A DNA stretch of 64,000 bases. Origin: Chloroflexota bacterium. Lineage in GTDB: Bacteria > Chloroflexota > UBA11872. A program made the translations under genes and the position numbers. This document shows, piece by piece, positions 31,105 to 39,471 of the stretch (within the stretch, counting starts at the first letter, position 1; the number at the start of each line of letters is the position of its first letter). The notes under the pieces were generated by a model. The model had not been told where the DNA came from. It did no database searches and saw nothing but the letters and a program-made list of their open reading frames with translations. The DNA lies in NCBI GenBank assembly GCA_965263175.1, contig OZ253587.1, positions 2,889,032 through 2,953,031 of the forward strand. Direction: 5' to 3'.

Positions 31105-31908
31105 TCATGCGGCGGGGCCGAAGCCGTGGCGAGCGAGGATGGCCTGGGCTTCGGGGGAGCGGAGGAAGGTCAGGAAGCGCTCGGCAAGCACCGGATTCGG
31201 GGCGTCGCGGAGGACGGCGGCGGGGTAGTTGGCGGTGACCTGGAATTGGGGCGGGGTTTCGATGACTTGCAGGCGGCCGCCGGAGGCGAGCACGTCGGTG
31301 CGGTAGACGAAGCCGGCGTCGGCTTCGCCGAGTTCGAGCTTGGCGGCTACCTGGCGAACGTTGGTCTCGAAGGAGATCACGCGCTGGAGGACAGCGTCGA
31401 TGAGTTCGGGGCGGCCGGTGGCGGCGGCGTGGCGGGCGAGCATCCGGCGGGCGTAGGCGCCGGCGGGAACGGACTCGGCGGCCATGACGACGCGGCGGCC
31501 GGGTTGCGTGAGGTCTTGGATGCCGGTGACGCCGGCAGGGTTGCCAACAGGGACGGCGAGGACCAGTTCGTTGGTGGCGACGACGGTCGGGTCTGCTTGG
31601 AGGAGCCCGGCGCGCTGCAGGGCGTCGAGGTGGTCGGGACTGGCTGAGACGAAGAGGTCGGCGCGGGCGCCGGATTCGATCTGGAGGCGGAGGACCTGGG
31701 AGCCGGCGAAGTTGCCGACGACCCGGACGTCGGGATTAGCGCGCTGGAAGGCGTTGGCGGTGTCGGCGATGGCCTCGCGGAGGGAGGCGGCGGCGAATAC
31801 GTGAAGTTCCTGGGTGGGTTCGGGGTCGCAGGCGGTGAGGAGGGCGGTGAGGAGAAGGAGTGCGAGGAGTGCCTGAAGCGGCGGGGTCGCGTGCGTAAGA
31901 GTTTTTTC
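31105..31908 (-). CDS. modA: Molybdate-binding periplasmic protein ModA. The mature protein and signal peptide are intact, but there is no in-frame start codon; the 5' end abuts the inverted repeat of the inserted IS1595 element.
   Basis: Continuous frame ...LTHATPPLQALLALLLLTALLTACDPEPTQELHVFAAASLREAIADTANAF...ESVPAGAY.... The nearest upstream in-frame stop (TAA, 31909-31911) lies inside the element IR. No ATG/GTG/TTG occurs upstream of the signal peptide. Confidence 0.65.
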   Translation of the reverse strand, partial: EKTLTHATPPLQALLALLLLTALLTACDPEPTQELHVFAAASLREAIADTANAFQRANPDVRVVGNFAGSQVLRLQIESGARADLFVSASPDHLDALQRAGLLQADPTVVATNELVLAVPVGNPAGVTGIQDLTQPGRRVVMAAESVPAGAYARRMLARHAAATGRPELIDAVLQRVISFETNVRQVAAKLELGEADAGFVYRTDVLASGGRLQVIETPPQFQVTANYPAAVLRDAPNPVLAERFLTFLRSPEAQAILARHGFGPAA

Positions 31909-31954
31909 TAAAGGAGCTTACATACGTGAGTGCCCACGGCACGTGCCACCGTCG

Positions 31955-32401
31955 CTAGCTGAGCACGTAAGGCACAAGAGCTTCCTTAAGCTTCTGCGGC
32001 ACACTCATATTAGAGTAGCGGCCTTCGCCCGTCCAGATTGAGTTCTTCGGGGCGATATTGGCCTGGCGGGTGGCCTCAACGAGCCAGTCATGCGGCACAA
32101 AGTACCAGCGCTCCCGACGTTCATTGGCAGGGAACACCATGTAGAGATCGCGCTTTTTGTATTTCGAGTCAATAGTAAAGCGCGATTTGAGTTGTACCTG
32201 AAGGGCACGCTGCCGCAGAACGTGGTACGCAATAAAGTCAGCGGCATGCGCATCGTTGACCACGGGCAAGCATATATAGCCAAATCGAGCCAACAGTCCG
32301 GCAACGTGCTGGTAGTTGATCTGCTCCTTCTGAAAACTCGTCAGATCGCTGTACTCAACGGGCTGTAGTTCGAGCACAAGCCCGTTACTGATTACATTCA
32401 T
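31955..32401 (-). CDS. Hypothetical protein, possibly a degenerate PD-(D/E)xK fold (cargo of IS1595 copy 2)
   Basis: 148-aa ORF containing VVNDAHAADFIAYH...LQVQLKS. Low GC. Confidence 0.45.
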   Translation of the reverse strand: MNVISNGLVLELQPVEYSDLTSFQKEQINYQHVAGLLARFGYICLPVVNDAHAADFIAYHVLRQRALQVQLKSRFTIDSKYKKRDLYMVFPANERRERWYFVPHDWLVEATRQANIAPKNSIWTGEGRYSNMSVPQKLKEALVPYVLS

Positions 32402-32621
32402 TGTCGGTCCTTTGCTTTTCGCGCGGCCCTTGCGCGCCGCTCACCTCAGACCCTTTCAAATACTCCCACTCGTCACCATCCTTCGGCGGCGAAAACAATA
32501 ACGCCCTTGCGATATTCTCCGGTGTATCCGATATCTTCTCCGGCATCGGCTTTGCCGGTCGTCCGCGCTTACGTTTAGGCATTGAGAACATCTCCTTCAA
32601 GCATACGGGTCTCAATCCCAA
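32385..32621 (-). CDS. Small basic AT-hook-like DNA-binding protein
   Basis: MPKRKRGRPAKPMPEK N-terminus (RGRP AT-hook core). Confidence 0.45.
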   Translation of the reverse strand: MGLRPVCLKEMFSMPKRKRGRPAKPMPEKISDTPENIARALLFSPPKDGDEWEYLKGSEVSGAQGPREKQRTDNECNQ

Positions 32622-32889
32622 ATCGTAATTGAGCCTTGCGGCTATCTTGACGACTCAGTAAATTACGCAATGCCTTAACAACAGTTTCTTCGCGTATCGT
32701 ACTGCGTTCTTCACTGAGGTCATTGAATACAGTATTGCAAAATGGGCAACAACTAGGTAGTTCACGAGGATTGCACTCATCAGTGGATCGCATAGGAAAA
32801 ACAGCTTCACCACAACAAGATTTACAGTACAAATAAATGGTAGATAAATCTTCAAGGCCAATTATAATACGTTTCTGTACCGCAGCCAC
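32575..32889 (-). CDS. Small Cys-rich zinc-finger protein
   Basis: CKSCCGE ... CCPFCNT paired Cys clusters. Confidence 0.45.
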   Translation of the reverse strand: MAAVQKRIIIGLEDLSTIYLYCKSCCGEAVFPMRSTDECNPRELPSCCPFCNTVFNDLSEERSTIREETVVKALRNLLSRQDSRKAQLRFGIETRMLEGDVLNA

Positions 32890-33845
32890 TATGCCGCTCC
32901 CTTCAATTCTGTGTACGTGAGTTTCTTCCCCAGCATCCCGCGCACCATTGCCGTCATTTGGTCAATCGTATCAAGCTCGCGGTCATTGAACCGGCCCGCG
33001 AATTCTCCGACGTAGCGGTTCAAATGCTTGCCACTCATCTTGTGATACGAACCGTGAAAGCCGCGCTTCATCAGCGACCAAAACGATTCCAGTCCGTTTG
33101 TGTGCGCTTGTCCGTTGACCCACTGGCCGATACCGTGCCTGACGACTTCGCGGTTCGGCAGGCCATGATAGCCCCACCATTCGTCACTGTACACCTTCAC
33201 GCCCGGAATCGCGCTTAGCTCAACAATCCTGTGCAACGTCTTCTTCGTAATGTCTGGAACCACTGTGGCGTACACCTTGCCAGTCGTACGGTCACGAACG
33301 CCTGCGACTGGAATCTTGCCAACCTTGCCGCGTCCAGCCCGTAGTTTCTTGTTCGCATGCTTGTTGATTTCCTTGCCGCCGACGAACGTCTCATCGACTT
33401 CAATCGGTCCAACAAACGCCGGTTGCGCGTCTGTCCACGTCTCGCGAATCCGATGCGCCAAGTGCCATGCAGATTTCTGCGTAATCCCCAGGTCGCGATG
33501 GAGCTTCATGCTTGACGTGCCCTTGATACCCGTCGTCATCAAGTAGACCGACATCGCCCACACCTGATAGCCGAGCTTCGAGTCTTGCATCACGGTCCCC
33601 GTCCGCACGCTGAACCGCTTACGGCAGCCCTTCTCACGGCAACGGTACGGCATCGTCTTATGCTTCGCGCCGGATAGGGCGTTGACGCTCCCACAGTACG
33701 GGCAGGCTGGCTTATTCGGCCAGCGTGTCTCAGCAAACCACTTCTCAGCGGTCTTGTTGTCGGGGAACATCCGCATCACGTCAAGCAACGTGATCCCCTT
33801 GCGGTGCGCTTTCCCCGGTCCTTTTGCCATTTGCAAGTCTCCCAT
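32889..33845 (-). CDS. IS1595-family transposase, copy 2
   Basis: CPYCGS...YRCREKGCRKRFSVRTGT zinc ribbon, then IEVDETFVGG ... YSDEWWGYHGL ... HTNGLESFWSLMKR. Confidence 0.85.
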   Translation of the reverse strand: MGDLQMAKGPGKAHRKGITLLDVMRMFPDNKTAEKWFAETRWPNKPACPYCGSVNALSGAKHKTMPYRCREKGCRKRFSVRTGTVMQDSKLGYQVWAMSVYLMTTGIKGTSSMKLHRDLGITQKSAWHLAHRIRETWTDAQPAFVGPIEVDETFVGGKEINKHANKKLRAGRGKVGKIPVAGVRDRTTGKVYATVVPDITKKTLHRIVELSAIPGVKVYSDEWWGYHGLPNREVVRHGIGQWVNGQAHTNGLESFWSLMKRGFHGSYHKMSGKHLNRYVGEFAGRFNDRELDTIDQMTAMVRGMLGKKLTYTELKGAA

Positions 33846-33950
33846 TGCCTAATAAAGGAAGTATAGTGCCTATGGCGACGTTTGTCAAGGGGATCGAGCG
33901 CGGCAAGCCGTCCGGCCAGCGGCTTGCCGCATTTGGTACGCTCCAACATC

Positions 33951-34067
33951 GGCAGCGTGGCGAAACTGGTATACGCACGGTCTTGCCCTGCGGACTGACA
34001 CTTGTGAGTCTGCGGGGCAAGGCCGTGGCCTTCGGGTCTTGTGGGTTCGAGTCCCACCGCTGCTACC
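33951..34067 (+). ncRNA. tRNA-like element (~115 nt). The 3' half is canonical (UUCG-capped variable hairpin, T-arm GTGGGTTCGAGTCCCAC, 7-bp acceptor, discriminator A). The 5' half is aberrant or contains an insertion.
   Basis: 5' ggcagcg pairs with 3' cgctgct. The D-arm has a GG loop. The anticodon region does not fold into a 5-bp/7-nt arm. No CCA is encoded. Confidence 0.35.
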
Positions 34068-34124
34068 GGTTGACTGCGAGACATTGACCTTGCCATTGGT
34101 TAATGCCAGCCGGAATAGGGAGAT

Positions 34125-34490
34125 TTGATGGATTTGGCCGTAGGTGTATTCATATTTGCGGGTATGTTCCTAATCGCTGTTACTACCATAGTTGTAGCAA
34201 TAAGAGTTGATTTTGTTGAATTGCTTAAGTTTCGTCGTAAAAGACGTATTGAACGCGCACAACGAACATGTCCACATATTGATATGCGAATCGATGATAC
34301 GACAAACAACGTTGGTTATCAAAGCCTATTCATATCGCCCCCAGGAACGGTGTCATGGATATGCACACGATGCAACCTTGCCGTTCTATCGGAATTGGTT
34401 GTAAATCAAAATCAAGCATATTGGTTAGAGAATTGGCCAGAATGGCCTAAGCAAATGAAGAAATTTTCGAAACTTGTTGATAAGCTGTAG
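34125..34490 (+). CDS. Small membrane protein with a zinc-ribbon-like Cys pair (CPH...CTRC)
   Basis: N-terminal TM helix (LAVGVFIFAGMFLIAVTTIVVAI). Low GC. Confidence 0.4.
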   Translation: MMDLAVGVFIFAGMFLIAVTTIVVAIRVDFVELLKFRRKRRIERAQRTCPHIDMRIDDTTNNVGYQSLFISPPGTVSWICTRCNLAVLSELVVNQNQAYWLENWPEWPKQMKKFSKLVDKL

Positions 34491-34689
34491 TTGTCGCGAT
34501 TGTTCGCAATCGTCTAGTAGAATTTTGAATTGTTGAATTTCATCGAGTGTCATGTTCATGCGTCCTGTTGGCATTACCTGCCGCTGTGACCGGGCATCAT
34601 GGGCACTCACGTATGTAAGCTCCTTTCTAAAAAACTCTTTGGCTGCGGCGGGGTGTCGAAGCGCGGCTGTTGCCGGTCCGGGTATTTGG

Positions 34690-34965
34690 CCGGGGCTGGG
34701 TTGCTGAGGGCGCGATCCACCCTCACCCCAACCCTCTCCCTGGCAGAGACCTTTGCGTAACCCGAGGGACTGTTGCCCGGAAGACCCCTCACCCCAACCC
34801 TCTCCCTGGCAGAGACCTTTGCGTAACCCGGGGGACTGTTGCCCGGAAGACCCTCACCCCAACCCTCTCCCACAGGGAGAGGGAGCAAGAGCGGGCCGCA
34901 CCTTCGCGGACGAAGGGCGTTGTGCAAAGGTCCCTGGCAGGGAGAGGGAGCAAGAGGCGTGCCCG
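34690..34965. repeat. Cluster of three MITE/REP-like units
   Basis: Repeated ...ccctcaccccaaccctctccctggcagagacctttgcgtaaccc... units. Confidence 0.85.
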
Positions 34966-35336
34966 AGCACAGTCAATGACAACGGCTGAAGCTGGAGGGG
35001 CGACCTGTGGTGCGGACCGGGGCAGGTCCGTGCGAATAGGAGTATCTCCCTTAGGACCGCCAGGCCGCGGCGAGGGGGAGGCGGGACGTGCCCGCGGCAA
35101 GCTCAGGATGAAGCGGAAAGCAGCGGACAGGGACATTCCGAGTTCAGGTTGCGGAGACATGGGGTCTATTGTACACTGGATGTGCACGAACGGCAATCTG
35201 TCGGGCAGTGGCCAGTGGTCAGTGTCTAGTGGTCAGTGAAGGGGGAGCGTCGGCGCATGGTGGTCTGGTGGGTTGAGTCAGCGCGACGGGGAGCGTGGGG
35301 TGTGTAACGACCGACCGCAGCCGCGAGGCGGGTCGG

Positions 35337-35624
35337 TCAGGCGGCGTCGTTGCGACGGTCGCGGCCGGCGAAGAGGCCTTCGATGACGCCTTCGACGCGG
35401 GACATGCGCTCGGTTAGCGCCTGCACGTCCTTGCGCAGGTCCGCCAGGTCGGCGCGGACTTCCGACCGAAGGTCTTGGATGTCCCCGCGGACTTCGGCTC
35501 GCAAGGCCTGGCTATCGGCGCGCGCGTCGCGCCTAAAGGTGAGCATCAGGCCAATCATCGTCGCGCCCACGGCGAGGATTCCGATGAGTTCCGGCGTCAC
35601 GGTCGGCTCCCAGGTAGTGGTCAA
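35337..35624 (-). CDS. Small membrane-anchored coiled-coil protein, tandem paralog 1 of 4 (TTG start)
   Basis: N-terminal TM helix (LIGILAVGATMIGLMLTF), then 11-residue repeats LRAEVRxDxxD and a C-terminal MSRVEGxIxGLFAG. Confidence 0.6.
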   Translation of the reverse strand: MTTTWEPTVTPELIGILAVGATMIGLMLTFRRDARADSQALRAEVRGDIQDLRSEVRADLADLRKDVQALTERMSRVEGVIEGLFAGRDRRNDAA

Positions 35625-35740
35625 TGTCGTCGCCGCCCGTGTGGTCTAAACCCTAGCACGGGCAGCGGAACCGAACACTCCGCCTGCACGGCTGGGGTCG
35701 TCGGACTCAGCAGCGTCGCTCGCCGGCGGTGTTCGGTCAG

Positions 35741-36037
35741 TCAGGCGGCGTCGTTGCGACGGTCGCGTCCGGCGAAGAGGCCTTTGATGGCGCCTTCGAC
35801 GCGGGACATGCGTTCGGTCAGCGCCTGCACGTCCTTGCGCAGGTCCGCCAGGTCGGCGCGGACTTCCGCACGCAGGTTCTGGTTGTCGGCGCGAACTTCC
35901 GATCGGAATGAGTCCATGTCGGCACGCAACTCGGCTCGCAGGACGTTGCTATCGGCGCGCGCGTCGCGCCTGAAGGTGAGCATCAGGCCAATCATCGTCG
36001 CGCCCACGGCGAGGATTCCGATGAGTTCCGGCGTCAC
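35741..36037 (-). CDS. Small membrane-anchored coiled-coil protein, tandem paralog 2 of 4
   Basis: Same architecture as paralog 1. Preceded by the same ~115-nt structured leader. Confidence 0.6.
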   Translation of the reverse strand: MTPELIGILAVGATMIGLMLTFRRDARADSNVLRAELRADMDSFRSEVRADNQNLRAEVRADLADLRKDVQALTERMSRVEGAIKGLFAGRDRRNDAA

Positions 36038-36043
36038 GGTCGA

Positions 36044-36373
36044 TCAGGCAGCGTCGTCGTGGCGGTTGCCGGGGCTACGTCCTGCGAAGAGGCCTTTGAT
36101 GGCGCCTTCGACGCGGGACATGCGTTCGGTCAGCGCTTGGACGTCCTTGCGAAGAGCCGCCACGTCGCCGCGGACTTCCGCACGCAGGTTCTGGTTGTCG
36201 GCGCGAACTTCCGCTCGGAATGAATCCATGTCGGCGCGGAACTCGGCTCGCAGGACGTTGCTGTCGGCGCGGGCGTCGCGCCTGAACGTGAGCATCAGGC
36301 CAATCACGGTGGCGCCCACGGCGAGGATTCCGATGAGTTCCGGGGTCACGGTCGGCTCCCAGGTAGTGGTCAA
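36044..36373 (-). CDS. Small membrane-anchored coiled-coil protein, tandem paralog 3 of 4
   Basis: Same architecture. Separated from paralog 2 by only 6 bp. Confidence 0.6.
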   Translation of the reverse strand: MTTTWEPTVTPELIGILAVGATVIGLMLTFRRDARADSNVLRAEFRADMDSFRAEVRADNQNLRAEVRGDVAALRKDVQALTERMSRVEGAIKGLFAGRSPGNRHDDAA

Positions 36374-36489
36374 TGTCGTCGCCGCCCGTGTGGTCTAAAC
36401 CCTAGCAGGGGCAGCGGAACCGAACACTCCGCCGGCACGGCTGGGGTCGTCGGACTCAGCAGCGTCGCTCGCCGGCGGTGTTCGGTCGG

Positions 36490-36828
36490 TCAGGCGGCGT
36501 CGTTGCGGCGGTCGCGGCCGGCGAAGAGGCCTTCGATGGCGCCTTCGACGCGGGACATGCGTTCGGTCAGCGCCTGCACGTCCTTGCGCAGGTCCGCCAG
36601 GTCGGCGCGGACTTCCGCCAGATCAGCGCGGACTTCCTCCCGAAAGCTCTGCCGGTCAGCGTGGGCTTCCTCCCGGAAGCTCTGCCGGTCGGCTCGGACT
36701 TCCTCTCGCAGCGCTTGCGTGTCGGCGCGTGCGTCGCGCCACAGCGCCAGCAGCAGCCCAATTAGTGTGGCACCGACGCCAATCAATGTAGCGCCCACGG
36801 CGAGGATGGCGATGAGTTCCGGGGTCAC
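36490..36828 (-). CDS. Small membrane-anchored coiled-coil protein, tandem paralog 4 of 4
   Basis: Same architecture, with an extra repeat unit. Confidence 0.6.
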   Translation of the reverse strand: MTPELIAILAVGATLIGVGATLIGLLLALWRDARADTQALREEVRADRQSFREEAHADRQSFREEVRADLAEVRADLADLRKDVQALTERMSRVEGAIEGLFAGRDRRNDAA

Positions 36829-36984
36829 GGGGCAGCTCCGAGGTGTAGGTTTGCAGCGTCACGGCCCGCCCGTGGCAAATCCTAGCATGGGTGGCGGGCA
36901 TGAATGCGTCGCTTGTCCGAGGGCGCTGCTAGACTCCCCGCCGGCGCCTCTTGGGCGGAGTGGGCCTTGCGAAATCGTGGATTG

Positions 36985-38673
36985 ATGCGTTGCGTCCGTA
37001 TCGTTCTGTCGGTGCTCGTTGCGGCTGTTGCAACGTTTGGGCTGGCGACGCCGGTGCTGGCGCAGTGGCCGACGACCTGCGTTGATCTCAATGACATCGT
37101 TGAGGCGCATCTTGGCAATGATGGCAACGTAGGCATCTATCAGCGCGTCTTTGGCGACCAGGCTGAGCAGGCCTGTCAGAACGATCACCGGGACGACGTG
37201 CGCGGGGTGTTTGGCTGGGCCTTCGACCAAGTAGCGCAAACAACGGATTCGGAAACGCAGGATCTGGCCTGGCCGACCGATTGCGTGGAACTCAACGATA
37301 TTGTTGAGAATCACCTGGGCAACCACGGCAACGTGGGTATCTATCAGCGTACGTTTGGCGCGCAAGCCGAGACCGCCTGCCGGAACGATCATCGGGAGGA
37401 CGTGCGCGGGGTGTCCGGCTGGGCGTTTGGCGGCGCGACGACCAGCGCCGTCGGGCCGCAGCTGGCAATCAATGAGTTGGTCAAGCGATCACGGGCGGCC
37501 GTGCGGTACATCCGTACGTCAGACGAGCGATGTGGCAGCGCGTTCATCGTGACGGCGGACGGCTACGTGGTAACCAACAGCCACGTGCTGGATGGCGCGC
37601 CTCAGGTAGTGGTTGGAACGCACGACGGTCAGGAACAGCACGCGACGGTAGTAGCCGACGATCCCGAGGCCGACCTGGCGCTGCTCAAGCTGCCCGGCGG
37701 CGGACATCCCTTTCTACCGTTTGGAAGTTCAGCCAGACTGGAATTGGGCGAGGATTTGGTAATTCTTGGCTATCCGCTCTGCCTGGAAACCTTGACCGTG
37801 ACTCGCGGCGTGTTGTCCGCCCGCCATCCCGGCTGGCTCCAGACGGACGCCACGGCCAACCCGGGCAATAGCGGTGGACCGGCATTCAACGCACAGGGCG
37901 GCGTGATCGGCGTCGTAACAGTGAAGCTGGGCGGCGGCGCCGTAGATAGGGTGGAAAGCGCGAATTTTCTGCTTGATGGTGACGAAGCGCGGAGCACAGT
38001 TGATGACTGGATCATCCGCCATCGAACTAGAACCCTCCCTCAGCCCGCATCCCCGGCGCCTAGCCCGCCTACCCCAAGCGGTCCGCCTCCGTCGGAGGAT
38101 CCGGACTACATTCGTATCCTTGAGGTGGCTATTGCCCGAGGCGCACCGCAGACCCAAGCGGACGAAATAGCCGCCGACGTCATCTCGCGCGGCACTGTCA
38201 ACGCGTTCCTACATGGCGTTGATGACGGTGTGCAGTACGGGCGTTACGATTGCCGATGGCAAAGTAACCAATGCCCGCTGGCGCCGCCAAAGCCCCCAGA
38301 GCCGTCCGAGCTAATCAAGTCGGTCGGCATAGCCAGGGATTCGGACTGCACCACCGGAAGCGACGCGGGCGTAACGTGGCTAGGGGAACTTCCGGGTTAC
38401 CCTTTACCACAGATATTCTGTGTCGTATACGTCGTAGATAGATGGCCAGGCGGATGGACAGTCCACACCCGATGGGTTTTTCCAGGCAGAGATGAGCAGT
38501 CTACCGAGCCGTGGGTCTGGTGCGACTTCGACGGAGATTGGTGTCGCGGAGGATATATGAAGATTAGATGGCAAAATCCAAATCGATACTCGACGCCAGA
38601 AGCCGGCACGTTAGCCGTTACGCTTTACGTAAACGGCGCATACGTTCGGACTGACTCTTTCTGGATCACCTAG
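36985..38673 (+). CDS. Secreted trypsin-like (S1) serine protease, paralog of 25113..26693. It has two N-terminal copies of the same ~55-aa two-Cys domain and a C-terminal Cys/Trp-rich domain.
   Basis: Signal peptide (MRCVRIVLSVLVAAVATFGLATPVLAQ). 2x WPTxCVxLNDIVExHLGNxGNVGIYQRxFG...CxNDHRxDVRGV. TNSHVL...DLALLKL...GNSGGP. Confidence 0.75.
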   Translation: MRCVRIVLSVLVAAVATFGLATPVLAQWPTTCVDLNDIVEAHLGNDGNVGIYQRVFGDQAEQACQNDHRDDVRGVFGWAFDQVAQTTDSETQDLAWPTDCVELNDIVENHLGNHGNVGIYQRTFGAQAETACRNDHREDVRGVSGWAFGGATTSAVGPQLAINELVKRSRAAVRYIRTSDERCGSAFIVTADGYVVTNSHVLDGAPQVVVGTHDGQEQHATVVADDPEADLALLKLPGGGHPFLPFGSSARLELGEDLVILGYPLCLETLTVTRGVLSARHPGWLQTDATANPGNSGGPAFNAQGGVIGVVTVKLGGGAVDRVESANFLLDGDEARSTVDDWIIRHRTRTLPQPASPAPSPPTPSGPPPSEDPDYIRILEVAIARGAPQTQADEIAADVISRGTVNAFLHGVDDGVQYGRYDCRWQSNQCPLAPPKPPEPSELIKSVGIARDSDCTTGSDAGVTWLGELPGYPLPQIFCVVYVVDRWPGGWTVHTRWVFPGRDEQSTEPWVWCDFDGDWCRGGYMKIRWQNPNRYSTPEAGTLAVTLYVNGAYVRTDSFWIT

Positions 38674-39067
38674 GATTGAGCAAATTGACTGTGCACACGG
38701 TTGGACATATGGACCACTATAGCTGAAGTTAAGTGGATTCTTCATATAGCAATATTCCGTTAGATTGATTACCTTCATTTGGATGAAACTGCACTTTGTA
38801 AACTTCAATATGACCAGACCTTATATCCATTGCTGTGGACCCACAATATGCGGAGAATCGGCTGCCCACGTAGTGATAGTCGAAAGCGGGAGAGCTGCGG
38901 TCGAGCGAGGCGACGTGGTGCCAAACAGTTGCTGAATCACTGATGGACAATGCGAGGTAAGAAGGCAAGGGGCCAAACGCACAGGTCCACTAGCCGTGAG
39001 CATTGGGCACATCAGCGTACCGTAACAGATGGCTCAGGGCGTAGTCAGACAGTGGATAGAGTAGATT

Positions 39068-39367
39068 TCACAAATCAGACTGTTGGACGCAAAAGACCTC
39101 AGAATGATTCTTTATAACCTGCGATATCTTCGGCCATAAAGCCATTACGCCTTCGCCTCCAAGCTCAACAACAGGCGAAAGCGCAGGCCTCATAGACAAA
39201 CCCTGATTTATGAGTATTAACTTTGCAACATATTTTGGCTCTATATCCCATGGATGAGCATCTTTAACGGCCTCAAATCTAACCTGCGAAAATTTACGGT
39301 TCAGTAAAGCGAGAATTGCTGATTTATCACTATCAGTGTATCCTCCGAATTCAATTTCAATACACAA
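39068..39367 (-). CDS. Hypothetical protein in an AT-rich islet
   Basis: 99-aa ORF in a ~45% GC segment (38690-39470). Confidence 0.3.
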   Translation of the reverse strand: MCIEIEFGGYTDSDKSAILALLNRKFSQVRFEAVKDAHPWDIEPKYVAKLILINQGLSMRPALSPVVELGGEGVMALWPKISQVIKNHSEVFCVQQSDL

Positions 39368-39471
39368 GTCCTGAGCCGAAATTGCAGCATCCTTCCGCGT
39401 ACAGCACGGCCAGCCACAGTCACACTACTCTTCTATTGAGCAATGCACCATGTCAGGCCCTCGGGCAGGTT

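Larger units (their letters stand above)
31888..34639. mobile_element. IS1595-family cargo element (copy 2, ~2.75 kb) bounded by 40-bp imperfect terminal inverted repeats; low GC
   Basis: IR-L 31888-31927 is the reverse complement of IR-R 34600-34639 (gggcactcacgtatgtaagctccttt..aaaaaactctt). The element carries a transposase, three small genes, a tRNA-like element and a membrane zinc-ribbon gene. Confidence 0.7.

Noticed and set aside
33700-34067. tmRNA or tRNA-Sec interpretation of the tRNA-like element
   Set aside because: The sequence ~350 nt upstream lies inside the IS1595 transposase gene and has no tmRNA 5' acceptor-like GGGG end. The D-arm is 3-4 bp with an 11-nt loop, unlike tRNA-Sec (6-bp D-stem).
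35475-36398. 307-aa plus-strand ORF with internal repeats (RRSRPAKRPLMAPSTRDMRSVSA...)
   Set aside because: It is the antisense of the four tandem small-protein genes. Its repetitiveness mirrors the tandem duplication.
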